A DNA stretch of 63,721 nucleotides, the filler included, from Nemertoderma westbladi (Eukaryota; Animalia; Xenacoelomorpha): assembly GCA_032718475.1 (NCBI GenBank). It is 3 parts of 3 records of this genome, joined end to end, with 100 filler letters (N's around TTAATTAATTAA, not from the genome) between each part and the next. Parts side by side here need not be neighbours in the genome. Positions count along the whole stretch, not along the records: positions 1 to 31,848 come from JAUCBJ010005897.1; 2 more parts are not named here. One strand, 5' to 3'. Within the stretch, counting starts at the first letter, position 1; every line of letters starts with the position of its first letter. The notes beneath the pieces are model-generated. The model saw only the letters and a program-made list of their open reading frames with translations, did no database searches and was not told the DNA's origin. A program made the position numbers and the translations under genes. Of this stretch, positions 13,859 through 25,403 are shown in pieces.

Positions 13859-14173
13859 TAGTGTTTAAACGGGATCAGACTTTACGAGATTTCCGGGATC
13901 GGGATTATCACTCTGGGGATCTCGTTTTTCGGGATCGGGATTACAATTTTAGATTAAGTTCCTTAAATTTAATATATATATGTGGCGGGTTTTGGGTAAC
14001 ACTCACTTTATCTTACACTTCTGAAATATTAGTAATTAAGTTATATTTAAATTATTTTGCAATTCAATATAATAAAAAAAAAATTCAACAATCAACAAAT
14101 TTGTTTAACTATATAATCATCGGGACTGGGATTAGATTTTTCGCCGGTATTTCGGGATCCCATTAAAACACTA
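13859..14173. mobile_element. MITE-like element
   Basis: Imperfect TIRs TAGTGTTTAAACGGGATC / GATCCCATTAAAACACTA with repeated cgggat subterminal motifs. No clear TSD. Confidence 0.55.
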
Positions 14174-15820
14174 AATATAATTTCTAATAAAATAAAACTT
14201 GACTTAAATAAAACTTGACTTTCAGCGTGAAATACAGTCTTTATTCCTATCGAATATACAGTATAGTAAAAATAATGATGATAAAATTAATATACTATAT
14301 TATTAAGGTTTTCGTATTAAATAAAATAAACATATTCTACATCCGCAAGTTCTATAAACATAGATTTGTTCTTTAGAAAGCGAAATACGAAATGGAGAAA
14401 GAAGGAAAATATATGACTAATAATATATTGATAAAGTACCAATAGATATAGAAGAGGAAAGACAAACGAGTATTATAAAACATTTACAGCAATAAAATAA
14501 TTCATATTTGGTTTAAGTTTTTCACATCTTAATAAATATAATAACTCACCCAGTGAACACATTGCAACGTTCAACATTTTAACGGTTATGAATAAAATAC
14601 AATGTAGATGTTACAAGAAAACGATACCACTTTTACTACGACATTGTCGTACCTTAATTTAACTCGATTGATATCAGATATAAATAGTGGCATAAATAGT
14701 TAACCCTGAAAATCATCTGTATCTTTTCAGTGAGGTTTGTTGGGAAAACCGAAATTTCTTGACTTTTCCTAAAATTTAATGGGCCATCCAACAGCGAAAA
14801 CGCCATTTACATGGCTATATTAGTTTTCGTGCTGTGGTCCCTTTCTGGCACCTATCTCCAGTATTTTTCGCTCTAAACTATTCAAAAAATTTATGGCTCA
14901 CTAAAATTAATTTATTTGAAGTATATAGCTGCTTTTTGGGATGCTGGTCACGAATATAAGACTGGAATTTATCGTATTATCCAACCTAATTAGATTTTTG
15001 CCATTTAAAATTGTATGCTACTTGCATATTTCGTCCCACCAGACAAACACCAAAAACAATAGTTCGTTACCACGAATGATTTTTAACGAGTTGTATCGTG
15101 ATCAGCGGCTTTGAAAACCATTATAGCTTCAGTTTTACCAAACCCAAGGCAAAATTTAACAGTTTATAATTTTTTGCTACTTGCACTTTTCGCTCTGGGG
15201 ACCAGAATGGCACCAAAGTTGGTTTGCATTACCAGAAATATTTATAACTAGTGCCATCGTGATCAGCGACCTCGAAAACCTGTATACCGTCAGAATTATT
15301 AAACCAAACAAAATTTTTTTAGTTTTGACATTTTTTTACTTGTATTTCTCGTTCTGGGGGTCCAAAATAGCACCAAAAATTATGGTTGCCTTGCCAGAAA
15401 ATATTTTTAACTTATAATAATTTTTATTTTTTTTTTAATTTATAATAATTTCGTGATCAGCGACCTCGAACAACCTTATACCATCAAAATTGTACTTTTT
15501 GAGCCAAGAACTAAAAAATTTCTAAACTGACCCCCCGGGCCAATTACATTGTAAAATAGCCCTGGCCATAATATGGTTAAACTCCATTTCCACTTCCCTA
15601 CCGTAATTTCTGCGCGCAGAATTTCCAGCACTTATGTGAGTTTCAGTAAACCCCTCACAAAATACCGATCGTAGGAGTAGGAGTACAAAATTCAAGAACA
15701 CACATTAGTGAAATATTTTTTCACAATTTCCTGTTTCAAATAGAAAAGTATTTATTATGATTCAGAATTTAAAAATTGATTAGAAACTTCTGTAACCCAG
15801 TTTCAATAACGCAATAAATG

Positions 15821-15943
15821 TTTCACACGCGATCCTCCTGCGCGCTGTAGTGCAGGTTGTGTTTCACACGGTTTCCTCCTGAGCGCTGTAGTGCAGGTTG
15901 TGTTTCACACGGTTTCCTCCTGAGCGCTGTAGTGCAGGTTGTG
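15821..15943 (-). repeat. 41-bp triplication spanning the Eph stop codon
   Basis: tttcacacggtttcctcctgagcgctgtagtgcaggttgtg occurs three times (HNLHYSAQEETV*). Confidence 0.9.
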
Positions 15944-16181
15944 TTTTATTTGCGCGCGGACTGTTTGAATGGAACTCATTAGTTTCTTCTGATGGCCCAC
16001 CAGACTGACGCCCACGCGGTCCAGGTCAGCAGGCCGCAACCCCACTAGGTGGTGCACGTGAGTGAGTCCCGCTCGGGTGAAGTCGTCATGGTAACGGTTC
16101 ATACCGAGACAAAGCAGCCAATCAGAGACGCTACTCAATGACGTGAGATGATCCGTATTGCTGCCAGAGATATTCCGGTGC
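15905..16181 (-). CDS. Eph: Eph receptor last coding exon: SAM domain and PDZ-binding tail (ETV)
   Basis: SVSDWLLCLGMNRY...VGHQKKLMSSIQ. Acceptor ttttag precedes 16181, and the phase matches the upstream exon. Confidence 0.92.
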
Positions 16182-16279
16182 CTAAAATTAAAAGAAACTA
16201 AAATAACTATCGTATTTACTCGAATAAGAGCCTGTGCGTTTAAGTTTATATATTGCCAATTGGGGCGAATTGCCAACAG

Positions 16280-16436
16280 TTTATTCGAGGGAGGCGTTTA
16301 TTCGAGGGAGGCGTTTATTCGAGGGAGGCGTTTATTCGAGGGAGGCGTTTATTCGAGGAGGGCGTTTATTCGAGGGGGGCGTTTATTCGAGGGAGGCGTT
16401 TATTCGAGGAGGGCGTTTATTCGAGGGGGGCGTTTA
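16280..16436 (+). repeat. 17-bp tandem repeat (~9 copies) of the subterminal motif ggcgtttattcgag
   Basis: Unit ttattcgagggaggcgt. The same motif occurs at the element's right end (18660-18676). Confidence 0.9.
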
Positions 16437-16707
16437 TGTTTATGTTCTAGATTTCCAGCATTTAGAATCTAAATACCCGAATAAAGAATTTTGTTAAATT
16501 CAAGAAAACAAATTAAACAAAAGAAATAATTCAAATAAAACCAATCGATTATCTTTATTACAATGTAGTCTATTACAGTGGTACAACACCCTATAACATC
16601 CTACTACATTTACATTCCGTCTTAGCAATCAGTTACCAGTAACTCTCAACAATGTCAGTCTTAACAATCAGTCAAAACCCATAAATGGCCCTTCATCAGA
16701 TTTACAC

Positions 16708-18143
16708 ACCTAATCTACATCCGAGAAATCGTTCTCCCTTTCATTTAAAGCTGTCTCCTCAGGGTCTTCTTCATCAGTCACCGAATCTACATCCGAGGAA
16801 TCGTTCTCCCTTTCATTTAAAGCTGTCTCCTCAGGGTCTTCTTCATCAGTCACCTAATCTACATCCGAGGAATCGTTCTCCCTTTCATTTAAAGCTGTCT
16901 CCTCAGGGTCTTCTTCATCAGTCACCTAATCTACATCCGAGGAATCGTTCTCCCTTTCATTTAAAGCTGTCTCCTCAGGGTCTTCTTCATCAGTCACCTA
17001 ATCTACATCCGAGGAATCGTTCTCCCTTTCATTTAAAGCTGTCTCCTCAGGGTCTTCTTCATCAGTCACCTAATCTACATCCGAGGAATCGTTCTCCCTT
17101 TCATTTAAAGCTGTCTCCTCAGGATCTTCTTCATCAGTCACCTAATCTACATCCGAGGAATCGTTCTCCCTTTCATTTAAAGCTGTCTCCTCAGGGTCTT
17201 CTTCATCAGTCACCTAATCTACATCCGAGGAATCGTTCTCCCTTTCATTTAAAGCTGTCTCCTCAGGGTCTTCTTCATCAGTCACCTAATCTACATCCGA
17301 GGAATCGTTCTCCCTTTCATTTAAAGCTGTCTCCTCGGGGTCTTCTTCATCAGTCACCTAATCTACATCCGAGGAATCGTTCTCCCTTTCATTTAAAGCT
17401 GTCTCCTCAGGGTCTTCTTCATCAGTCACCTAATCTACATCCGAGGAATCGTTCTCCCTTTCATTTAAAGCTGTCTCCTCAGGGTCTTCTTCATCAGTCA
17501 CCTAATCTACATCCGAGGAATCGTTCTCCCTTTCATTTAAAGCTGTCTCCTCAGGGTCTTCTTCATCAGTCACCGAATCGACATCCGAGGAATCGTTCTC
17601 CCTTTCATTTAAAGCTGTCTCCTCAGGGTCTTCTTCATCAGTCACCTAATCTACATCCGAGGAATCGTTCTCCCTTTCATTTAAAGCTGTCTCCTCAGGG
17701 TCTTCTTCATCAGTCACCTAATCTACATCCGAGGAATCGTTCTCCCTTTCATTTAAAGCTGTCTCCTCAGGGTCTTCTTCATCAGTCACCGAATCGACAT
17801 CCGAGGAATCGTTCTCCCTTTCATTTAAAGCTGTCTCCTCAGGGTCTTCTTCATCAGTCACCGAATCGACATCCGAGGAATCGTTCTCCCTTTCATTTAA
17901 AGCTGTCTCCTCAGGGTCTTCTTCATCAGTCACCGAATCGACATCCGAGGAATCGTTCTCCCTTTCATTTAAAGCTGTCTCCTCAGGGTCTTCTTCATCA
18001 GTCACCGAATCGACATCCGAGGAATCGTCCTCCCTTTCATTTAAAGCTGTCTCCTCAGGGTCTTCTTCATCAGTCACCGAATCGACATCCGAGGAATCGT
18101 CCTCCCTTTCATTTAAAGCTGTCTCCTCAGGGTCTTCTTCATC
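16708..18143 (-). repeat. 72-bp minisatellite (~20 copies); - strand reads acidic DEEDPEETALNERENDSSDVD(S/*)VT
   Basis: Period 72 (16791 to 16863). Units differ by TCG versus TAG. Confidence 0.95.
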
Positions 18144-18221
18144 AACATTATCTTGGATTATGATCACATCCGGTGATTCAAGATTTACTTTACTAGTTAT
18201 TATCAATTGAATTTTTAATTA

Positions 18222-18503
18222 AAGACGGACAGACAGACGGACAGACAGAGGAGAGGCGAACATAACGACGGGCAGACAGACAGACAGACAGAGGAGAGGC
18301 GAACATAACGACGGGCAGACAGACAGACAGACAGAGGAGAGGCGAACATAAAGATGGACTCACAGATGGGCGGACAAAAGGACGGAAGGATAGAAAGACG
18401 GACGGACTTGACTGACATACGGACGGACTGACTGACAGACGGATGGACGGACAGACAGACGGACAGACAGACAGACAGACGGACGGGCGAAGACAGACGG
18501 ACA
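18222..18503. repeat. GACA/GGAC microsatellite with short 42-bp duplications
   Basis: Direct inspection. Confidence 0.85.
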
Positions 18504-18787
18504 TTACATTTGGCCCTATATATTAATGAAAATTGTGTGCTAGAGGCATCGCTTACTAATCGTGGCTCGCCTTCATTGTAATATTATTAAACGCCGGTGC
18601 GTTTATTCGCGGTAGGCGTTTAAGTTGTTAATTTGATGGAAAGGGGGGCGTTAACTCGAGGGGGCGTTTATTCGAGTAAATATACGGTAATTAAAAATAA
18701 ATGAAAATATTTACTATTAATAATAATAAATATATATTTGTTAACCAGGGATGTGAATTATGGCGAATATATAATTACTTTCGATTT

Positions 18788-19420
18788 AGGTGATAAATGA
18801 CACAGAAGGTCAGGTACATTCGCCTCAAGGTGAGACTGAGTCCCAATCCTTGCTGCTGATGTACATCAAGGCGACACATTGGCGCCATTACTATTTGTAA
18901 TTGTACTGGATTACGCAATGAGGACGGCCACAAACGGTGAAGATCTTCGGATCAAACTTCACACTACAAGAACGCAGAAGTAGTAGATATCCGGCAACTA
19001 CAGTCACAGGCACCGACTTTGCGGATGACATCGCCCTGCTCTCTAATACGCTAGCAGATGCACAGCTTCTACTAAATAAAGTGGAGAGGGCTGCTAAGGA
19101 GGTTGGATTGCATATAAATGCTACCAAGACCAAGAATTCATGACCTTTAATGTTGATGGAAACTTGACAACCATTGATAATAATCAACTAAGGAAGGTCG
19201 ATGACTTCCAGTACCTTGGATCATGGATAGAGAGTAGCAAAAAGGACATAGAAGTTAGGAAAGCAAAGGCTTGGGTAGCTCTATCAAAAATGGATACCAT
19301 CTGGAAATCACATCTCTCCAGGCACCTGAAGACTAAGTTCTTTCTAGCCACAGTGGAAAGTGTAATTTTATATGGGGGTGAGACCTGGACACTGAGATGG
19401 TTGTTACACAAGACTACTAA
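18788..19420 (+). mobile_element. Degenerate RTE LINE RT fragment (same family as 6047-6596)
   Basis: QGDTLAPLLFVIVLDY, DFADDIALLS and KVDDFQYLGSWI motifs. Frameshifted. DNA matches 6450-6575 in reverse complement. Confidence 0.85.
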
Positions 19421-19572
19421 TGGTAGACCTAAAAATCAACAAGTTTTATGGTTCAATACAACAAATAGCAGTGGCAGTAGTTAAGATAATAAATATATGT
19501 ACCATTTATATCATTTTGGTTTTTTAGCACAAATTAAATATTTGGTATTTTTACTGATTCACTTTTACAAAC

Positions 19573-19760
19573 CTCTGTTTCGCGAGAGTCGATAAACACG
19601 CCGGACTCCGTATAATCTTATCGAGTCGGAGTTTTATCGTCTCGAACTTCGGTCGAAGTACACGATCGTGGTTCCAGCAGTCTAGCATTATCTGGTACAG
19701 AGTGTCGGGGCACTCCATAGGTGGAGGTAACCGGTAACCGTCTTCTACTGCCTTCACAAC
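19573..19760 (-). CDS. Eph: Eph kinase C-terminal exon
   Basis: [29 protein letters not shown] with AG/GT boundaries. Confidence 0.93.
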
Positions 19761-19987
19761 CTGCGGGGGAAGGTGAACCGAAATTTAACGAAGTTGTTTC
19801 TATAGTTACTGGACCGGATTAGATTATTTTATTCTTCAATTTTCAAATTCAATGTTCTGGAATATTTATCTGAATTTAAAATTATATATAATTTAAAATA
19901 ATTTATAATTTAAAATTATAATTTAAAATAATTTATAATTTAAAATTATAATTTAAAATAATTTATAATTTTGTATAATTTAAAATC

Positions 19988-20195
19988 AATTGGCCCAATA
20001 AACCTATCCAGATTAGCCCAATAAACTTACATCCTGATTGGCCCAATAAACTCAGATCCTAATTGGCCCAATAAACTTACATCCTGATTGGCCCAATAAA
20101 CTTACATCCTGATTGGCCCAATAAACTCACATCCTAATTGGCCCAATAAACTCACATCCTAATTGGCCCAATAAACTTACATCCTGATTGGCCCA
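19988..20195 (-). repeat. 25-bp donor-spanning array (~8 copies)
   Basis: Unit TGGGCCAATCAGGAT|GTAAGTTTAT equals the exon end plus the 5' splice site. Confidence 0.9.
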
Positions 20196-20330
20196 GTCCC
20201 AGTAGGGCCTTTCCCCATAACTCATTGTCTCCCAGGCCGTTATTCCGTAACTCCATACGTCACTCGATGACGTAAACTTCCGGTAAGCTATCGCTTCCGG
20301 TGCTGTCCACCGCAATGGAACTTTACCGCC
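20181..20330 (-). CDS. Eph: Eph kinase exon (subdomains VIII-IX)
   Basis: [50 protein letters not shown]; cag| acceptor and |gtaag donor. Confidence 0.95.
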
Positions 20331-20538
20331 CTGGTGAGAAAATAATAAAACATTGTGACATTATCATTAAAAATTATACTTGAACTGCATTACAATCTAA
20401 TGTGCTATAATTGTAGGTTATATCTTTATAATGTAATGAAATAAAATAAATTATTATTATTATTAATAATATTAATGGAAAATTTGTGCCTTTGAATGCA
20501 ATCCAGACCTCACTAACAACAATAAATACAAATCCACT

Positions 20539-23500
20539 GTATACTCCTGAGCTACCAGCTGACTAACCTTGGTTGTATACTCCTGAGCTATCAGCTGACT
20601 AACCTTGGTTGTATACTCCTGAGCTATCAGCTGACTAACCTTGGTTGTATACTCCTGAGCTACCAGCTGACTAACCTTGGTTGTATACTCCTGAGCTACC
20701 AGCTGACTAACCTTGGTTGTATACTCCTGAGCTACCAGCTGACTAACCTTGGTTGTATACTCTTGGGCTATCAGCTGACTAACCTTGGTTGAATACTCCT
20801 GAGCTACCAGCTGACTAACCTTGGTTGAATACTCCTGAGCTACCAGCTGACTAACCTTGGTTGTATACTCTTGGGCTATCAGCTGACTAACCTTGGTTGT
20901 ATACTCCTGAGCTACCAGCTGACTAACCTTGGTTGAATACTCCTGAGCTACCAGCTGACTAACCTTGGTTGTATACTCCTAAGCTACCAGCTGACTAACT
21001 TTGGTTGTATACTCCTGAGCTACCAGCTGACTAACCTTGGTTGTATACTCTTGGGCTATCAGCTGACTAACCTTGGTTGTATACTCCTGAGCTACCAGCT
21101 GACTAACCTTGGTTGAATACACCTGAGCTACCAGCTGACTAACCTTGGTTGTATACTCCTGAGCTACCAGCTGACTAACCTTGGTTGTATACTCTTGGGC
21201 TATCAGCTGACTAACCTTGGTTGTATACTCCTGAGCTACCAGCTGACTAACCTTGGTTGTATATTCCTGAGCTACCAGCTGACTAACCTTGGTTGTATAC
21301 TCCTGAGCTACCAGCTGACTAACCTTGGTTGTATACTCCTGAGCTACCAGCTGACTAACCTTGGTTGTATACTCCTGAGCTACCAGCTGACTAACCTTGG
21401 TTGTATACTCCTGAGCTACCAGCAGACTAACCTTGGTTGTATACTCCTGAGCTACCAGCTGACTAACCTTGGTTGTATACTCCTGAGCTACCAGCTGACT
21501 ACTACTAGGATCGGCATGCTGCATTGCAGCTGCATTTTTAAGAATGCTGTGCCGGCTTGTCAACAAAATTGCACCGCCACAACTCCCTATCACCCATGAC
21601 ATTTGCTAGATCATCCGCATCTTTAAGGCCAGTGTCCTTTAAGATGCGTCTCAAGAAAGTCATGGGCTGTCCACCGCACTGGCTGGTCCTCACGGCGAAA
21701 GCAATGTCCTGCAAAGCGGAGGCGATTTTGTTCTAGTGTCAAGCTTGGGGGAACCAATGAGACACCTCCAATGTTATATAGTGTCTGGTTGGAGATGTGT
21801 GCATTGTACTTGACACAATGTACCCGGCGTAGCATTCTTGTGAATGTGCCATCCAGAGATTTGGTGTCCTCAGCAGTTAGAGCCCAGCATGGACTCCCGT
21901 AGAGGAGTACTGGAACTACTGCTGCTCTAAATAATCGGACCTTAAGTTTCCGATTAATTCTAGGTGACTTCCAAATCCTGGAAAGCCTATTCAAGGCTGC
22001 CCATGCCTTTCCCTTACGTATTCGAAGGTCCTCACCTGACTTCCGGATCCATGATCCCAGGTAACAGAAGTCGTCCACATGCTCAAGCATACCATCCTTT
22101 GAGCTTATGCTCATCCGATCAGAGACTTGCTGAGGACTTTCAAAGTTAACTGTCAGAATTTTGGTCTTTCTGGAGTTAATAAAAAGACCAACACTAGAAG
22201 CAGCATGTTCTAATGAGCTGAGGAGCCGCTGGGCTCCCTCTAATGATTCTGAGAGTACTCCTAAGTCATCAGCAAAGTCTAGATCAGTTAGGTACTTGGC
22301 AGGATTTCCTCGACTTCTGGAGCCAGTAGCTGGAGTTATCATCACCCCATCATCATTATGATGATCTAAGGACATGCGTAGAACATAGTCAACCACAATA
22401 ATGAACAAGAATGGTGCAAGTGTGTCTCCTTGGAGGACGCCCCATAACACTTCAAATGGTTCTGTGTCACCGTCAACAGTAGACACAAATGTTGTCGAAC
22501 CATCGTATACTGATCTGATTGCTGCAATAATTTCATCAGGAATCCCATATAATGAAAGTATGCTGAACATACGTGAGCGAGAGACTGAATCAAAGGCCTT
22601 GAAGAAGTCAACAAAGATAACAGCCAGATGCCTGTCTTTCTTTTTTGATAACTCTTCAATTATCCTTCTAAGTGCCAAAATGGGCTCCATGGTCCCACGA
22701 CCTTTACGGAACCCATTCTGATTTCCACGTAGCAGTCTCTCAATGGGATCCCTGATGCGATTTAATAGAATTCTATTGTATAGTTTTGCAGCAATCGAGA
22801 TCAATGAGATTCCCCGAAAAGAACCATAGAGTGTTAGGTTGCCCTACCAGCTGACTAACCTTGGTTGTATGCTCCTGAGCTACCAGCTGACTAACCTTGG
22901 TTGTATACTCCTGAGCTACCAGCTGACTAACCTTGGTTGTATACTCCTGAGCTACCAGCAGACTAACCTTGGTTGTATACTCCTGAGCTACCAGCTGACT
23001 AACCTTGGTTGTATACTCCTGAGCTACCAGCTGACTAACCTTGGTTGTATACTCCTAAGCTACCAGCTGACTAACCTTGGTTGTATACTCCTGAGCTACC
23101 AGCTGACTAACCTTGGTTGTATACTCCTGAGCTACCAGCTGACTAACCTTGGTTGTATACTCCTGAGCTACCAGCTGACTAACCTTGGTTGTATGCTCCT
23201 GGGCTACCAGCTGACTAACCTTGGTTGTATACTCCTGAGCTACCAGCTGACTAACCTTGGTTGTATACTCCTGAGCTACCATCTGACTAACCTTGGTTGT
23301 ATACTCCTGAGCTACCAGCTGACTAACCTTGGTTGTATACTCTTGAGCTACCAGCTGACTAACCTTGGTTGTATACTCCTGAGCTACCAGCTGACTAACC
23401 TTGGTTGTATACTCCTGAGCTACCAGCTGACTAACCTTGGTTGTATACTCCTGAGCTACCAGCTGACTAACCTTGGTTGTATACTCCTGGGCTACCAGCT

Positions 23501-23604
23501 GACTAACCTTGGTTGTATACTCCTGGGCTACCAGCAGACTAACCTTGGTTGTATACTCCTGAGCTACCAGCTGACTAACCTTGGTTGTATACTCCTGGGC
23601 TACC
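20539..23604 (-). repeat. 36-bp in-frame donor-spanning array (~48 copies, interrupted by an RTE)
   Basis: Unit CTGGTAGCTCAGGAGTATACAACCAAG|GTTAGTCAG (LVAQEYTTK|VSQ). Confidence 0.95.
21502..22843 (-). mobile_element. 5'-truncated RTE-clade LINE, RT domain open for 393 aa, (TAG)n tail
   Basis: QNGFRKGR, FVDFFKAFD, GVLQGDTLAP, DFADD and YLGS motifs. ~13-bp TSD taccagctgacta on both sides. Confidence 0.95.
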
Positions 23605-23789
23605 ATATCTTCTAGCGCACGACTCAACCCAAAATCCGCGACTTTACAGACGAGACACTCGTTCACTAATATATTCCGAGCAGCCAGATCTCTGTGAACG
23701 TATCCGATATCAGAGAGGTATTGCATACCGTAGGAAATTCCTCGCAACATTCCAACCAGTTGAATCGCTGTAAATCCCCCATCATTTGC
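23580..23789 (-). CDS. Eph: Eph kinase exon (HRD, DFG, activation loop)
   Basis: [13 protein letters not shown]...[22 protein letters not shown] joins GGKVPLRW of the next exon, matching the Eph YTTxGGK motif. Confidence 0.95.
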
Positions 23790-24039
23790 CTGCAAAATAA
23801 TATGGTATGTTTATGGATTATATAGCGATACGTCTGGTTGTAAGTTTTATTTGTAAGGGAAATTTGAGTAAAATCATTAATTTATTTATGTATTTCATTG
23901 TGAAGAAAGAAGTAAAAAACATTGCGTTATGAAATAAAAGAAGAGACTATAATAAAACAAGCGCATAGGTCCGCGTCTATTAACGCATGAACTATCTCAT
24001 TGAATAGCTTACTACCAATCTTACTACCAAAAAAATTCA

Positions 24040-24108
24040 CCGGAGAGTGGGGTTGAATTCGGTACCTAAAGATTCCAAGTCCCACACTCTACCAACTTCG
24101 CCACTGCG
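24040..24108 (-). mobile_element. tRNA-derived SINE head (degenerate)
   Basis: GTGGCGAAGTTGGTAGAG A-box-like and GAATTCAACCC B-box-like motifs with tRNA spacing. No clean cloverleaf. Confidence 0.45.
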
Positions 24109-24949
24109 CCTTATGAAACCTTATAAAACTAAAACCCAACAGGAAAATAACAACAACAATGTCGAGTGAACTGGAGAAGTTGCATGCAATCGGTAATCAG
24201 CTAACATAATCGAAAGTTTTTGGCCCAGATTAGTGATTTATAATTGTTAAACTCAGTAGATATGAGTTTCAAAGGGATATCAATAACGAACCATTGTATA
24301 AGGAAGACCTGACGACGTAACAAGTTAACCACAGGGAAGCAGCACCACAAACTGATTGCAGATTGCAAGCAACTTCTGGTCTCCAGTGATATATATTTTT
24401 AAAGGTTTTTTTTCTTACAAACCTAACTTTAAAGTTTTATAACATCTACCTTCTCGATTAAATAAATAAAATAATTAAATTGTTAGATTACGAAAACAGG
24501 AATGGCTGTTTGGGTAGGTTGAGTGGTGGCTGGGTGGTATTCCAGTAATGGGAATACCAGTCAACCTACCCATACAGCCATATTATGTTAAATACCTCCC
24601 TTAAGACGGCCTGTCGGACGATCACACAGTTTAATAAAAGGAATGGCTGGAATGAACGATACTTTTGAATAAATTGTAACCGTTTTATGATTCTTTAACT
24701 TTGTACAAGGAATTATTTTTCATTTCGAATAAAACAAATTCAGCAAATTTTTTTGCAGCCTATTTTTACGACATTTCCCATAATAAAAAACAGGTAAATT
24801 TATTTAATAGTTAAAATAATGTACGAAATTGCGGGGAATTTAAAAACAAGTATCCCAGTCAAATTGTAAAGAAATAGTGTCTATATCTATGTTACAAGCT
24901 ACACATATCTGGTATTCTAGGCCCTGATAAAATGATTATTTTAACTCAC

Positions 24950-25218
24950 CCGGAGGAATTGATCTAAAGACCCATTCTCCATATACTCTGTTACTATCAT
25001 TACGGGTTGGCATTTAGTAACGACCCCCTCCAGATGAATGACATTGGCGTGGTGGAACTGCCCCATAATGCTGGCCTCCAACAGAAAGTCTCGCAGATTT
25101 TTATCCGAAGAACCGACTTTTAGAGTTTTCAGGGCGATTTTTTTGGTCACGGATTTGGTCGTGTCGAATATGTGGTCGCCGGTAGTAAATGAACCCCGAT
25201 AGACGTCGCCGAATTCAC
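24950..25218 (-). CDS. Eph: Eph kinase N-lobe exon
   Basis: GEFGDVYRG...IALKTLK...[24 protein letters not shown]...[13 protein letters not shown]. Confidence 0.95.
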
Positions 25219-25403
25219 CTTAAATATAAACATAAAATAAAAATGAGAGATGTAAGAGAAAGATAGTAAAATTACTTTATTTCAACTTAATATATTCGCG
25301 TATCACTTTATATCATTGGTATCACATTCATATTGTTTGTCTGAGCTATTTTGCAATGATATTCCATGACAGTATAACAGGGCGCTAATCTGCCCTATAA
25401 GGG

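Larger units (their letters stand above)
16210..18687. mobile_element. Non-autonomous Tc1/mariner-pogo-type TIR element carrying internal arrays
   Basis: TA|TCGTATTTACTCGAATAA ... TTATTCGAGTAAATATACGG|TA: inverted ends flanked by TA. Confidence 0.75.

Noticed and set aside
14700-15580. piggyBac-like element between TTAA sites
   Set aside because: The ends match for only a few bases. It is likely a repeat remnant but cannot be supported as a defined element.
24040-24108. tRNA gene
   Set aside because: Degenerate B-box and no consistent cloverleaf; better explained as a SINE head.
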